A stretch of 64,000 bases of DNA from Octopus bimaculoides (taxonomy: Eukaryota). A program made the position numbers and the translations under genes. The notes below the pieces were generated by a model. That model did no database searches. It saw nothing but the letters and a program-made list of their open reading frames with translations, and had not been told where the DNA came from. Every line of letters begins with the position of its first letter. Position 1 is the first letter of the stretch. Shown here in pieces: positions 63,684-64,000 of the stretch. The stretch is from assembly GCF_001194135.2 (NCBI RefSeq), contig NC_068982.1, forward strand, positions 92,208,683 to 92,272,682, written 5' to 3'.

Positions 63684-64000
63684 ATGTCCGGAAGCTTAAA
63701 TTCGATGCCAACTATTGCTTCTATGAATGGCAGGGGTTCACCATGTTTACCACCTGGAATCCTTCCATCACAGCATCTGTTACAAAATGGTGGACCATCA
63801 TCACAACTCTTGCAAGGAATGCAAGCACGACTTAGCAATGGTCATGGCCCATCACCTATGCCTGGAATGCATCTTGGTATGAATGGGAATTCAACACCAA
63901 CTGGTCACACCCAGCCATCTCAGGCAGCAATTGATGCTCTTACTAAACAAAGGTTACCTTATCCCTGCAATTCGCTTACATTGTTCTTCATGCTTGCCCA
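63684..64000 (+). CDS. Unidentified G/P/S/M/N/Q-rich coding-like frame, open to the window end
   Basis: MSGSLNSMPTIASMNGRGSPCLPPGILPSQHLLQNGGPSSQLLQGMQARLSNGHGPSPMPGMHLGMNGNSTPTGHTQPSQAAIDALTKQR.. has no stop and higher GC than its flanks. Possible weak donor AG|GTTACC at 63953. Confidence 0.6.
   Translation, partial: MSGSLNSMPTIASMNGRGSPCLPPGILPSQHLLQNGGPSSQLLQGMQARLSNGHGPSPMPGMHLGMNGNSTPTGHTQPSQAAIDALTKQRLPYPCNSLTLFFMLA

Noticed and set aside
63545-63838. 97-aa minus-strand ORF
   Set aside because: Antisense shadow of the + frame, running into a SINE.
1-64000. CRISPR array, rRNA, prokaryotic operon or viral genes
   Set aside because: No repeat-spacer array, rRNA similarity or gene-dense region; the sequence is intron-rich eukaryotic DNA.

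Overview
Eukaryotic, AT-rich, repeat-dense genomic DNA with short N gaps and abundant (TA)n/(CA)n microsatellites. The SINE and RTE-LINE content suggests an octopod cephalopod (inference). The one well-supported gene is a + strand inhibitor-of-apoptosis (IAP) gene. Its six coding exons (13045-14053, 17399-17580, 21381-21483, 25739-25873, 26915-27052, 35527-35717) have GT-AG ends and matching phases, and join into a 585-aa protein. That protein has a degenerate BIR, three canonical BIRs, a UBA-like domain, an acidic linker and a C-terminal RING. A second, unidentified coding-like frame runs off the window end (63684-64000). The rest is transposon-derived: a full-length hAT/Buster relic with TIRs and TSD, Tc1 (DD36E spacing) and mariner (DD41D-like) relics, a tandem Helitron, RTE, R4/Dong and CR1/I-like LINE fragments, SINEs and many fold-back elements. 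Top leads are: a type I hammerhead ribozyme fold at 50680-50752 on a Penelope-like inverted repeat; a 3.2-kb fold-back in IAP intron 5; the four-BIR architecture with a DETD/G caspase motif; and an alternative donor that would give a RING-less IAP. No rRNA, true tRNA or CRISPR array was seen.
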